DNA from: an uncultured Acidimicrobiales bacterium
GTDB lineage: Bacteria; Actinomycetota; Acidimicrobiia; Acidimicrobiales; SHLQ01
Assembly: GCA_938041035.1 (NCBI GenBank)
Contig: CALHYX010000010.1
Coordinates: forward strand, 43,719-107,718
Direction of reading: 5' to 3'
DNA length: 64,000 nucleotides
How positions within the stretch are numbered: the first letter of the stretch is position 1; each line of letters begins with the position of its first letter. A program made the position numbers and the translations under genes. Below, piece by piece: positions 18,325-29,715 of the stretch. The notes under the pieces are model-generated. The model was not told where the DNA came from. It ran no database searches and saw only the letters and a list, made by a program, of their open reading frames with translations.

Positions 18325-19413
18325 TCAGCCCGGGTTCTCGACGAGCTCGTCGGTGGTCTCCGGTGGGCGCGGTTCGGAGGTGTCGACCACCGGCCGTTCC
18401 GAGCGCGGGGTAGGCGCGTCGTTGCGCAGCCAGACGGTGCGCTGGGGGAAGGGGATCTCGATACCCGCCTCCTCGAAGGCCTCCTTCAGCCGTAGTCGTA
18501 GCTCGCGCGCCACGACCCATTGCTCCGATGGGTCCGTTTTGACGACGAGACGGATGGCGACACCGTCGGGGCCGAGCCGTTCGATGCCCCACACCTCGGG
18601 CGGGTCGATGATGTCGGCCGCGGCGAAGTCGTCGTCTTGCCAGAGGTCGTCGGCCACGCGCTGAATGATGCCCTCGGCGCGCCGGAGGTCGGTGTCGTAC
18701 GCGACCTCGATGTCGAGCACCGCGCGCGACCAGATCTGGCTCTTGTTCGCCACCCGGCGAATCTCGCTGTTGGGCACGTGCCAGACGGTGCCGTGCACGT
18801 CGCGCAGGGTCGTCGTGCGCAGCGAAACCCCCTCGACGGTGCCCGACACCTCGCCGACGTCGATCACGTCGCCGACGCCGAACTGATCCTCGATCACCAT
18901 GAACAGCCCGGACAAGAAGTCGGCGACGATGGTCTGCGCGCCGAAACCGAGGGCGATGCCGAAGATGCCCGCACCTGCGAGGAGCGGCGCCAGGCTGATG
19001 TTGAACTCGCCCAGGATCAACAGGATGGCGATGAGCCAGATCGCGGCGTTGGCCAGCGATGACAGGACCGACACCAACGTCTGCACCCGGGCCATTGAGC
19101 GGCCGTCGGACTCGCCGTCGCTGAGCAGTTGCGACGCTCGACTTTTGCGCAGGGCCCGCACCGACTCGCGGTGTTGGCTGTCGGCGAGTCGTTCGCCGAA
19201 CTCACGAATGGCCCGCCGCACTAGGCGGGTGAGGACGAAGGCCACCACCAGAATGAAGATCACGCGCAGCGGTTTGTCGATGATCAGGTCGGCGGCGGTG
19301 GCCCAGCCGTCGGAGTCGGTTCGCTCGAATACCCACTCGCACAGCCGGTTGGGGCTCGACCCGCACGCGCTCTCGAGGTCGGCCAAAACGAGGTGTCCGC
19401 CGTGCGCGCCCAT
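18325..19413 (-). CDS. mechanosensitive ion channel, MscS family
   Basis: TM helices are followed by the conserved MscS beta-domain (VGDVIDVGEVSGTVEGVSLRTTTLRDVHGTVWHVPNSEI). Confidence 0.8.
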   Translation of the reverse strand: MGAHGGHLVLADLESACGSSPNRLCEWVFERTDSDGWATAADLIIDKPLRVIFILVVAFVLTRLVRRAIREFGERLADSQHRESVRALRKSRASQLLSDGESDGRSMARVQTLVSVLSSLANAAIWLIAILLILGEFNISLAPLLAGAGIFGIALGFGAQTIVADFLSGLFMVIEDQFGVGDVIDVGEVSGTVEGVSLRTTTLRDVHGTVWHVPNSEIRRVANKSQIWSRAVLDIEVAYDTDLRRAEGIIQRVADDLWQDDDFAAADIIDPPEVWGIERLGPDGVAIRLVVKTDPSEQWVVARELRLRLKEAFEEAGIEIPFPQRTVWLRNDAPTPRSERPVVDTSEPRPPETTDELVENPG

Positions 19414-19488
19414 GGGCTCACCCTACGAACATCCCCGGAGCTGCTGGCGGACCGGCATGGAGACGTTCTAAACAACAATGATTGGTAG

Positions 19489-19516
19489 TTGACACTCTCA
19501 GGCGCTCTGCTAGGTT
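19489..19516 (+). promoter_or_regulatory. sigma-70/SigA-type promoter for furA (TTGACA-16-TAGGTT), giving a leaderless transcript
   Basis: A -35 TTGACA lies at 19489-19494 and a -10 TAGGTT at 19511-19516. The GTG start of furA follows 8 nt later. Confidence 0.5.
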
Positions 19517-19523
19517 GCCGACT

Positions 19524-20012
19524 GTGCGCAGCCCAGCCGAACTCACCGACAGTTTTCGGGCGAGAGGTCTGCGCATCACGCCCCAGCGAGTGGCGGTGTT
19601 TGAGGCCCTGCACAGCAGCGCTCAGCAGGCCGGGTCACCCGGCACATCCGACCAGCAGCCGGGTCACCCGACGGCCGAGTCCATCTACCAGAGCGTGGTG
19701 GCCGATATGCCATCGATCTCGCTCAAGACCGTGTACCAGACGCTCAACGATCTGGCCGAAATGGGAGAGATCCGCCGCATCGATCTGGGGTCGACCGCAT
19801 CGCGCTTCGACGCCAACCTCGACGAGCACCATCACCTCGTGTGTGACTCCTGCGGGCTGATGATCGACACCTATCTCGATGTGTCGGGCATCAAACTCGG
19901 CGACCTCGGCGGCTTCCAACCCACCGGCACCAGCGTGATGGTGTCCGGACTCTGTCCCACGTGCGCCGCCAGCGATGCTGCGGCCGGGCGGGTGGACACC
20001 GTCGACTCCTGA
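19524..20012 (+). CDS. furA: Fur-family transcriptional regulator FurA (peroxide-responsive)
   Basis: ITPQRVAVFEAL, HHHLVCDSCG and CPTC are present. The gene lies directly upstream of katG, as in mycobacteria. The GTG at 19524 is chosen because the track start would place the promoter inside the gene. Confidence 0.8.
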   Translation: MRSPAELTDSFRARGLRITPQRVAVFEALHSSAQQAGSPGTSDQQPGHPTAESIYQSVVADMPSISLKTVYQTLNDLAEMGEIRRIDLGSTASRFDANLDEHHHLVCDSCGLMIDTYLDVSGIKLGDLGGFQPTGTSVMVSGLCPTCAASDAAAGRVDTVDS

Positions 20013-20084
20013 CCTCAGGTTCGAATCGAAAACCAGCCATGACCAACCCACTAGAACAACCAACTACGGGAGACGCACACCCCA

Positions 20085-22238
<2,154 letters not shown>

Positions 22239-22299
22239 AAGCGTCGGCGCCCAACCCGGGCTGAATCAGGACAACAGGTAAGCGAACCAAAACGAAGAA

Positions 22300-22344
22300 G
22301 AGGACGGCAGGCCGGTTTCCCGGTCTGCCGTCCTCGCCTTTTCG
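22300..22344. terminator. bidirectional intrinsic terminator between convergent katG and OmpA-like gene
   Basis: A 16-bp stem (gaggacggcaggccgg / ccggtctgccgtcctc, one G-U pair) with loop tttc is followed by a T-rich tract. Three TTTTCGATTGGTG-like direct repeats then occupy 22338-22380. Confidence 0.65.
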
Positions 22345-22414
22345 ATTGGTGCTTTTTCGATTGGTGAGTTTTCGATTCGGGGGTGCCGCTGAGGCCTTCG
22401 CCGGCGCCGTTGGC

Positions 22415-24172
22415 CTAGTTCGGCGTGAACTCGAACTCGATGCGACGGTTCTGCGCTCGACCCTCATCGGTGGCGTTGTCGCCGATCGGTGCGGTTTCGC
22501 CCGCCCCTCGGACGCGAAGGTTCTCGTCGGCGATGCCCTGCGCGGCCAGCAGGTCACGCAATGCCGTGGCCCGAGCCAGCGAAAGCTCGAGGTTGGAGAC
22601 ATCTGAGCCCACGCTATCGGTGTGGCCGACGACGGTGAGCACCCAGTCGGGCCGGGATGCGGCGAGGGCGGTGATGGCCTCGAGCGTCTCGTCGTCGATC
22701 GACTTGACCGCCGAGCTGCCAACATCGAAGAAGACCGCGTCGGCGATCACGACGCGACCCGAGGGCAACGGCGCGCCCTCGACCACCTCGAGGTTGTTGA
22801 CCACCGGGGTCTCGCCTCCGATGTCCGACAGCGAGCCGGCGAGTTCGTCGGCGATCGCTTGGCTCGGAACCTCGCCCTCGAGGTAGATCGTGCCGCTGTC
22901 GAGCAGGATGCTCGCGCCGCCGCCGTCGGTGTCGACGACCGCATCCGGTGAGTCGTTGCCGGTTTCGATGGCTTCGGAGAGTTGGCCGCGGATGGTGAAT
23001 TCTTCGGTGACGTCGTGGAGTTCGGCGTAGTGGCCGCTGGGGTTGGCGAGGATGGCGTTGGTGTCGACGGGGAGGTTTTCGACGCAGCCGGTGGCGCCGG
23101 ATTGTTGGGGGCCGAGGTCGACGACGATGCCGCCCTTTTCGTCGGCGGTGCCGACGTGGATGTGGGAGCGGTAGGGGCCGTCGATGTTGATCGATTCGAT
23201 TTCGTAGCAGACGTCGCCGGTGACGGTGTTGAAGTCGAAGGTGAGGGTGCCTTCGGCTTCGCCGTTGATGTTCTCGATGTCGCGCATGGGCACGCTCAAC
23301 GTCACGATCTCGGGGCCGGAGCCGGGGGCATCCGTGGGTTCGTTCTCTGCGGTGGTATCGACCGGCGGTGCAGCCGTGGTGGCGGGCGCCGCGGAGGTCG
23401 CTGTCGGTGTGGTGGGCACCGTCTGTTCGCTGGGGGTTGCGTCCGTGGTGGCGACGTCGGTCGGTCCGGTCACCGGATCGGCTTCGCTGCCGCCGCTGAG
23501 GGCGGTCACGCCAAAGATCGCGAGGATTGCCAGGGCGGCGGCCCCGGCTGCGAGGAGAAGTCCCCGTTTGCCCGAGCCGGTTTGATCCGCAGCCGCCGAG
23601 GTGGCCGACGACGACGGGCTGGGGGCAACTGCGGGGCGCGCTGAACCCGGGGCCGCAGCCTGGGTGGGAGTGGCGTGCAAAGCGTCCGTGGGTTGGTGAC
23701 CGGCCGGCAGGAAGACCTCGGGACGGACCTCTTGATTCGGATCGCCGGCGAGGCAGGCCAGCACCGAGCTCGTGGTGGCGTCGACAAACCGGGCCGACTG
23801 GGCGGGGGTGATGTTGGCCGCGGTAGCGAGCTTCTGGACCAGGTCATCGAGCGACCGCCCGAGGGTGGTGCGGGCGATGTCCTCGCTGTGCGCCTCCTGA
23901 TCGGCGCGAAACAGCTGTTCCGGGTGCTCACGTTCGGTCCATGACAGTGCCGAAGCGGCAGTGACCAGACTCTCCAGGCCGTCGGGGGATGTGGCGTGCT
24001 CCTGCATGAGCCGCACGACCTCGGTGGCGCTCGCGCCAAAGAATCGGGCCGACTGCAGAGGCGAAGTGATCCCGCTGGCAGCGCCCAGCGCCGCCATGGC
24101 CGCCTGGTCGTTCTTCAGTTCGTCGATTTTCGATTCCGCCCGCACGGCATGCTCCTCGGGGTAGCTGGCCAT
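22415..24172 (-). CDS. OmpA/MotB-domain membrane protein with CHRD domain and DUF937-like N-terminus
   Basis: The C-terminal OmpA motif VVGHTDSVGSDVSNLELSLARA...NRRIEFEF is present. A CHRD-like segment (GEAEGTLTFDF...HIHVGTADEKGG) and a single TM helix are also present. Confidence 0.65.
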   Translation of the reverse strand: MASYPEEHAVRAESKIDELKNDQAAMAALGAASGITSPLQSARFFGASATEVVRLMQEHATSPDGLESLVTAASALSWTEREHPEQLFRADQEAHSEDIARTTLGRSLDDLVQKLATAANITPAQSARFVDATTSSVLACLAGDPNQEVRPEVFLPAGHQPTDALHATPTQAAAPGSARPAVAPSPSSSATSAAADQTGSGKRGLLLAAGAAALAILAIFGVTALSGGSEADPVTGPTDVATTDATPSEQTVPTTPTATSAAPATTAAPPVDTTAENEPTDAPGSGPEIVTLSVPMRDIENINGEAEGTLTFDFNTVTGDVCYEIESINIDGPYRSHIHVGTADEKGGIVVDLGPQQSGATGCVENLPVDTNAILANPSGHYAELHDVTEEFTIRGQLSEAIETGNDSPDAVVDTDGGGASILLDSGTIYLEGEVPSQAIADELAGSLSDIGGETPVVNNLEVVEGAPLPSGRVVIADAVFFDVGSSAVKSIDDETLEAITALAASRPDWVLTVVGHTDSVGSDVSNLELSLARATALRDLLAAQGIADENLRVRGAGETAPIGDNATDEGRAQNRRIEFEFTPN

Positions 24173-24268
24173 CCGTCGGTCGCGATCGCCCGTACTTGAG
24201 CGCGCCGCAGCCCCGGAGCTGCTGGAGGGAGCAGTGCCGGGGCCGTCGGGCGGAGATGTCGAAGTCGG

Positions 24269-26185
24269 TCAGTCGCCGGCGACGAAGTAGAGCCAGGTGC
24301 CGTCGGCGTCGATGCCGACGCGTAGCCCAATGAATCCGCCGATCTCGGCGAACGAGTCGTAGTCCGCCTGGGTGTAACCGAGGGCTTGGAGGTCGTCCAA
24401 CATCGGCTCGGTTACCGCATCCCAGGGCACCGCGGAAGCGGCGGGCCATGCAGTGATCCCGCTTTGGTCGCCGGCCGAGACCGACAGCAGCTTCACCAGA
24501 GCCGCCGTCGGGCCATCGCCGTCACCTCGGTACCGCTCATCCTGCTCCCAGGTGGGATCTCCGCCACCGAAACTCCAGGTGAAGTCCGGTGAGCCGGCGA
24601 GCTCGAGCAGGGCGTCGAAGTCGCAGGCCCGGGCAGCGGCGATGACCGCCGTTCGGGTGGCCTGTACCTCCGGTGACAGGCCGTCCTGGGGTCCCGGGTC
24701 GGGAAGCTGGGCCGCCGAGCACTCGGTGGGCGGCGTCACGGTGACGTCGAACAGGCGGACCTGGCCGATGACCTCGGCCGCCTCGGCGGCGGTGAACGTA
24801 CCGGCACCCCAGCTGAGCCAGGCGGTGACCCGTCGGTCGTCGAGCTCGTAGAAGTGGGCGATCTGGCGGCTCTGGTCCTCGTACGAGATGTCGAGGACTC
24901 GTACCGGGACGGTTCGGGATTCGGTGCCGTCGAGGTTGTAGATCGGCAGGTCGACGACGGTGTCGGAGTTGATCGTGGCGCTGTCATCGAACTGCGGCGC
25001 AATCTCCTCGACGTCGGGGTCGTCGGCGAAGCGGCCGGCGATCGTGAGTGAGCCGTCGGCGATGTCGGTCGCGGCCAGACTGGTGCTCCAGCCATCGTTG
25101 CGCTGGACCTCCCACCCGTTCGGGATGAGGTAGCTGTACTGCCAGACGGTGTTTCGGTCGGTCAACCCATCGACCGCCGACCGATCGTCGGGGATGAGAG
25201 CGCCGCTTTCGGCGATGCGTACGTCGACTGGATCGGGGCCGAACTCGGCGGCGATCGCCGTGGCGAGAATGGCGTTTTCGGTCAGGTCCCAGCGGATGTC
25301 GTAGAGGTCGTTCGGTTGCGGCGACAACGTGACGGGGTCGAGCTCCTCCACCGCACCCCACTCGGTGACGGCCTGCCCGCCGGCCACGGTGGACCCGCCC
25401 CAGAGCTGGTCGTAGCGGTCGGCGCAGCGGCCGAGTACGGCGAGGGTGCCCTGCGGGCCGTTGGTCACCGCTAGCTCGCACGACTCGACGTCGGGGTAGG
25501 TGAGCACGAGCTCACCATCACTGACGACGGCGAGTGTCATAGTCGCGTCTTCGGCGGCGTCGGGATCGTCCGCGATGTCCTCCGGGAAATTGAGCAGGCC
25601 GACGTACATGCTGTTGTCGTCGAGGGTCGGACCGAGCTCGACCCACTGGTTCTCGGCGGGGCCGGAACTCGAATCACCGGGCACCGTTTCGCCCGGCACG
25701 GTGACGGTGACCGGAGCCGAGCCGTCGGTGGTCGGGGTCGGCGCCGGTTCGCGGTCGACGTCCGTCGCCGGGACCGTGGGAATGGTGGCGATGCCGCCCT
25801 CGTCATCGCTGCCGCCCGTGAGGGCTCCGACGCCGACGATGACGGCCACGATCGCCGCGGCGACGGCCATGGCACCCAGCATCACGCCATTGCGGCGGCG
25901 GGAGCTGAGGTCGGTGACGGTGGCGTAGTCGCTCACCGGCGCCGCCTCGGGCTGTGGCTCCGGGTCGGCTGGAGCGACGGTCTGGATCGTTGCCGGCGCC
26001 GAGGCGGCCGCTGGTGGACCGGCTTCGTGCATGTCCTGCACCAGGTCGGTCCAGAAGTTCGGTGCGTGTTCGGGCGGGGCCGGCGTGTTGTTGAGTTCGC
26101 TGTTGATCATGGGGTCGGGGCCTTGGTTCTGATCGGCTGCGTCGTTTGAGGTGGGCGAGTCGTGGTTCTGGTTCTGATCGTTCAT
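24269..26185 (-). CDS. putative anti-sigma factor / membrane protein cognate to the upstream ECF sigma
   Basis: The ATG overlaps the sigma-factor stop. A single TM helix (GAMAVAAAIVAVIVGVGAL) separates an acidic N-terminus from a large extracytoplasmic domain. Confidence 0.5.
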   Translation of the reverse strand: MNDQNQNHDSPTSNDAADQNQGPDPMINSELNNTPAPPEHAPNFWTDLVQDMHEAGPPAAASAPATIQTVAPADPEPQPEAAPVSDYATVTDLSSRRRNGVMLGAMAVAAAIVAVIVGVGALTGGSDDEGGIATIPTVPATDVDREPAPTPTTDGSAPVTVTVPGETVPGDSSSGPAENQWVELGPTLDDNSMYVGLLNFPEDIADDPDAAEDATMTLAVVSDGELVLTYPDVESCELAVTNGPQGTLAVLGRCADRYDQLWGGSTVAGGQAVTEWGAVEELDPVTLSPQPNDLYDIRWDLTENAILATAIAAEFGPDPVDVRIAESGALIPDDRSAVDGLTDRNTVWQYSYLIPNGWEVQRNDGWSTSLAATDIADGSLTIAGRFADDPDVEEIAPQFDDSATINSDTVVDLPIYNLDGTESRTVPVRVLDISYEDQSRQIAHFYELDDRRVTAWLSWGAGTFTAAEAAEVIGQVRLFDVTVTPPTECSAAQLPDPGPQDGLSPEVQATRTAVIAAARACDFDALLELAGSPDFTWSFGGGDPTWEQDERYRGDGDGPTAALVKLLSVSAGDQSGITAWPAASAVPWDAVTEPMLDDLQALGYTQADYDSFAEIGGFIGLRVGIDADGTWLYFVAGD

Positions 26186-26796
26186 CGGTTCGTCTCCAGT
26201 GCGGCGCGAACGGTGGTTCGGGCCCGGTTGAGGCGGCTGGCGATCGTGCCGGCGTTGGTCTCGAGGACGTAGGCGGCCTGGCCGTAGCTGTAGCCCTCGC
26301 CGTCGACCAGAAGCAGGGCGGCCCGTTGGTCATGGGGCAGGGTCGTGAGGATCTGCTGCATCTGGTTGTTGTGGGCGATGCGCTGGTCGAACGCCGTGCC
26401 GGTGTCGGCCTGGTCGGCGACGGCTTCGAGCGACACCTCGGCACGGCGGGAGCTGCGCTTCAGATGGTCGATGCAGGCGTTGTGCACGATGCGGTGGAGC
26501 CACGTGCCGAACGAAGCGTCCTGGCGGAACCCGCCGAGGCCCTTGTAGGCCTTCAGATAGGCGTCCTGCAGGGCGTCGTCCATAGCGGTGGCGGATTGGA
26601 GGAGGTTGTACGCAAGTGAGCGCATTTGCTTGTCGTGCAGCTGGAGCAGCTCGGTAAAGGCGTTTGGGTCGCCCGCCTGCGCCTGCTGAATCAACCGCTT
26701 CTGGTGCGCGGTTTCGGTCACTCGTCGCCCTTCCTCGGATGTCGTGAGAGCTTGTCGCATACCCGTTCGACCGCGCGACCTGCCCGATCCTTCCAA
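26182..26796 (-). CDS. ECF (sigma-70 region 2/4) RNA polymerase sigma factor
   Basis: The region 2 motif (ELLQLHDKQMRSLAYNLL...DALQDAYLKAYKGL) and the region 4 helix-turn-helix (EGYSYGQAAYVLETNAGTIASRLNRAR) are present. Confidence 0.8.
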   Translation of the reverse strand: MEGSGRSRGRTGMRQALTTSEEGRRVTETAHQKRLIQQAQAGDPNAFTELLQLHDKQMRSLAYNLLQSATAMDDALQDAYLKAYKGLGGFRQDASFGTWLHRIVHNACIDHLKRSSRRAEVSLEAVADQADTGTAFDQRIAHNNQMQQILTTLPHDQRAALLLVDGEGYSYGQAAYVLETNAGTIASRLNRARTTVRAALETNR

Positions 26797-26835
26797 ACTT
26801 TTCGAAGAAATCCCGCCGGTGGTGGATCGACCGAT

Positions 26836-29613
26836 TCAGAGTCGGGTGATGTCGGTCAGCCTCACGATCGCCGCGCCCGCTTCTCGACTGGCGTCGAGGT
26901 CGACCTCACCGATGAGCCGCCACTCGTTGTTCTCGTCGGGATCCGAGAGAATCTGGGTCACGTTCCAAACCGTGGCGGCCTCGTCGATGATCGCGTTGCG
27001 CACCGATCGGGCATCGGCGTCGAGCAGGATTGCGTCGTAGCTTTCCCAATACGGCTCCATGGCCTCGCGCAGGTCGTCGGCCCGGTAGATGCCGTTCATC
27101 TCGGCCTGGTGTTCGGCGAGCCCCATGTAGGCCTTGCGGGCCAGCATCGTGACCCATCGGAACGTCTCGTTGCGCACCATCACCCGGAAGGCGCGGGCAT
27201 TCCGGGTGACGTCCGGGCGGTCGTCGTCGATTCCGGGCGGTCGCACCTCGGCGATGTCGACCTCGGGGTTGCGGATGCGCTCCCACTCGTCGAGCAGGCT
27301 TGAATCGACCTGGCGCACGACTTCGCCCAGCCATTCGGTGAGATCGATGACCTCGTCGGTCTTGGCGGCCTCCGGCACGTTCTGGACCATGGCCTTGTAG
27401 GCGTCGGAGAGATAGCGCAACACGGCTCCTTCGGAGCGCTTGAGCCCGTAGTGGTTGACGTATTCGCGGAAGGTCATCGCCTGTTCGTACAGGTCGCGGG
27501 CGATGGACTTCGGCGCGACGTTGTCCGACCCGACCCAGGGGTGGGCCGCTCGGAACGTGTCGAACGCCGCGTAGAGGAACGGCGCGAGCGGTTTGGGGTA
27601 GGTGACCTCGTCGAGGCGCTCCATGCGTTCCTCGTACTCGATGCCGCGCGACTTCATGTCGGCCACGAGGGCGTCTTTGGCTTTGGACACCTGGGCGTGC
27701 AGGATGACGCCGGGATTCTCGAGCACCGACTCGATGACGGAGAGCACGTCCAGCGCGGGATCACTCTCGGGACTGTTTTCATTCTCGGGACTTCCGCCCG
27801 AGCTCTCGAGCGGGTCCGGCGGGGCCGTTGATTCTGCATCCGCAGTGGCCGGTTCCGGTTCGTCGGCGATGGCCCCTGTTTCATTCTCGGGACTTCCGCC
27901 CGAGTTCGCTCGTTGGTCCGCAGTGGCCGGTTCCGGATGGTCGGCGGTGGCCCCTTCCGGTTCGTCTACGGCGGCCACGTTGGCGCCTCCAGCGAGCTCC
28001 GGCGGGAGTCCGGAGGATGAAAGAGCCTCCACGGCTTCGACCGCGAACAACGACAGCGGCTGGTGGAGGGCGAAGTCGGCCTGGAGGTCGATGGTGACCC
28101 GCACGCGGCGGCCCTGTTCGTCGGGTTCGTCGAGGTGCTCGACCACCCCGGCGTCGAGGAGTGAACGGTAGATGGCGATCGAGCGACGGATGTGGCCGCG
28201 CTGGCGCTTCCGGGTCTCGTGGTTGTCGGTGAGCAGGTGGCGCACGGCGGCGCAACCGTCGCCAGGCCGGTCGAGCACTTCGAGCATGAACTGGTGTCCG
28301 ACCTTGAAGTGCGACTGCAGCGGCTCCGGCTGTCCATCCATCATCTTGGTGAACGACTTCTCGTCCCAGTGCGAGTAGCCGCGTTCGGGCGGCTTCTTCT
28401 TGACCAGCTTCTTCCTTTTCTTCGGGTCGGTGGCGGCTTTGGCCTCGGCCACGAGGTTTTCGATGTTGTGCGCCGGTGCCTGGACCCAGACGTAGCCCTG
28501 GTCGTCGAAGCCGCGCCGGCCGGCCCGCCCCGCGATCTGTTGGAACTCGCGATTCTGGAGCGACCGGGTGCTCACGCCGTCGTATTTGCACAGCTGGGTG
28601 AACAACACGGTGCGGATCGGCACGTTGACGCCGACGCCGAGCGTGTCGGTGCCGGCGATGAGCTTCAGCAGGCCTTGTTGCGCGAGCTTCTCGACCAGCA
28701 GTCGGTACTTGGGGAGCAGACCGGCGTGGTGCACGCCAATGCCGTGCGACAGCCATCGACGAAGGTCCTTGCCGATGGGGCTGTCGAAGCGGAACCCGCC
28801 GATCGCCTCGTTGATCTCGGCCTTCTGGGGTTTGGTGAGCACGTCGAGACTGGTGAGTGCCTGCGCCGCCTCGGTTGCGGCGCGTTGGGTGAAGTGCACG
28901 ATGTACACGGGCGCCCGGTCGAGGTCGAGCAGCTCCTGGAGCGACTGGTGGATGGGTGTTTGGCGGTATTCAAACTCGAGCGGGACCGGGCGCTGGTCGC
29001 TCGACACCGTGACGGTGGGGATGCCGGTGCGATCGGTGAGATCGGCCTCCAACAGGTTGGTCGGGCCGAGCGTGGCCGACATCAGCAGAAACTGGGTGTG
29101 AGGGAGTTCGAGCAGCGGTACCTGCCAGGCCCAGCCGCGCTGCGGGTCGCCGTAGTAGTGGAACTCGTCCATGATCGCGACGTCCACGGGCGCGTCGGCG
29201 CCGTGGCGGAGGGCGGCGTTGGCGAGGATCTCTGCGGTGCAGGCGATGATCGGCGCGTCGGCGTTCACCGACGCGTCGCCGGTGATCATGCCGACGTTGT
29301 CGGAGCCGAAGCGGCGGCAGAGGGCGAAGAATTTCTCGCTCACCAGCGCCTTGATGGGCGCGGTGTACCAGCTGCGCTTACCGGCCGCGAGGGCGGCAAA
29401 GTGGGCGGCCTCGGCCACCAGTGACTTTCCCGACCCGGTCGGGGTGGCGAGGATGACGTTCGATCCGTCGAGCAGCTCGAGGATCGCCTCCTCCTGGTGG
29501 TCGTACAGCTCGATGCCCTGATCGGCGGCGTGGTCGATGAACCCGTCCAGGAGCGCTCCAGGCGTGGCCTCGTCGGGGAGGAACCGCAGCAGCGAGGGCT
29601 CGACGAGAGGCAT
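26836..29613 (-). CDS. DEAD/DEAH-box ATP-dependent helicase with C-terminal DUF3516-like domain
   Basis: Walker A ATPTGSGKS, the DEFH box (IMDEFHYY), SAT, and motif VI QIAGRAGRRG are present. A low-complexity P/E/S/A-rich linker containing an internal DNA duplication separates the helicase core from the C-terminal domain. Confidence 0.8.
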   Translation of the reverse strand: MPLVEPSLLRFLPDEATPGALLDGFIDHAADQGIELYDHQEEAILELLDGSNVILATPTGSGKSLVAEAAHFAALAAGKRSWYTAPIKALVSEKFFALCRRFGSDNVGMITGDASVNADAPIIACTAEILANAALRHGADAPVDVAIMDEFHYYGDPQRGWAWQVPLLELPHTQFLLMSATLGPTNLLEADLTDRTGIPTVTVSSDQRPVPLEFEYRQTPIHQSLQELLDLDRAPVYIVHFTQRAATEAAQALTSLDVLTKPQKAEINEAIGGFRFDSPIGKDLRRWLSHGIGVHHAGLLPKYRLLVEKLAQQGLLKLIAGTDTLGVGVNVPIRTVLFTQLCKYDGVSTRSLQNREFQQIAGRAGRRGFDDQGYVWVQAPAHNIENLVAEAKAATDPKKRKKLVKKKPPERGYSHWDEKSFTKMMDGQPEPLQSHFKVGHQFMLEVLDRPGDGCAAVRHLLTDNHETRKRQRGHIRRSIAIYRSLLDAGVVEHLDEPDEQGRRVRVTIDLQADFALHQPLSLFAVEAVEALSSSGLPPELAGGANVAAVDEPEGATADHPEPATADQRANSGGSPENETGAIADEPEPATADAESTAPPDPLESSGGSPENENSPESDPALDVLSVIESVLENPGVILHAQVSKAKDALVADMKSRGIEYEERMERLDEVTYPKPLAPFLYAAFDTFRAAHPWVGSDNVAPKSIARDLYEQAMTFREYVNHYGLKRSEGAVLRYLSDAYKAMVQNVPEAAKTDEVIDLTEWLGEVVRQVDSSLLDEWERIRNPEVDIAEVRPPGIDDDRPDVTRNARAFRVMVRNETFRWVTMLARKAYMGLAEHQAEMNGIYRADDLREAMEPYWESYDAILLDADARSVRNAIIDEAATVWNVTQILSDPDENNEWRLIGEVDLDASREAGAAIVRLTDITRL
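27761..27965. repeat. imperfect ~100-bp tandem duplication inside the helicase linker region
   Basis: gttttcattctcgggacttccgcccgag...gcagtggccggttccgg occurs twice, at about 27775-27876 and 27877-27962. This produces the repeated SGGSPENE...PEPATAD peptide. Confidence 0.75.
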
Positions 29614-29715
29614 CGGGCCACCCTAACGCCCGCGATTCCCCCCAGCTCCCGAGCCCCGTCCATCCACCCGGAGGGCGCGGGTTCCGGCGGGACGGCGAAA
29701 GCTACCCTGGATCGC

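Noticed and set aside
20010-20030. GGTTCGAATC, a tRNA T-loop-like string just after the furA stop
   Set aside because: The flanking bases cannot form a T-arm or acceptor stem, and the sequence overlaps the furA end and the katG leader. It is not a tRNA.
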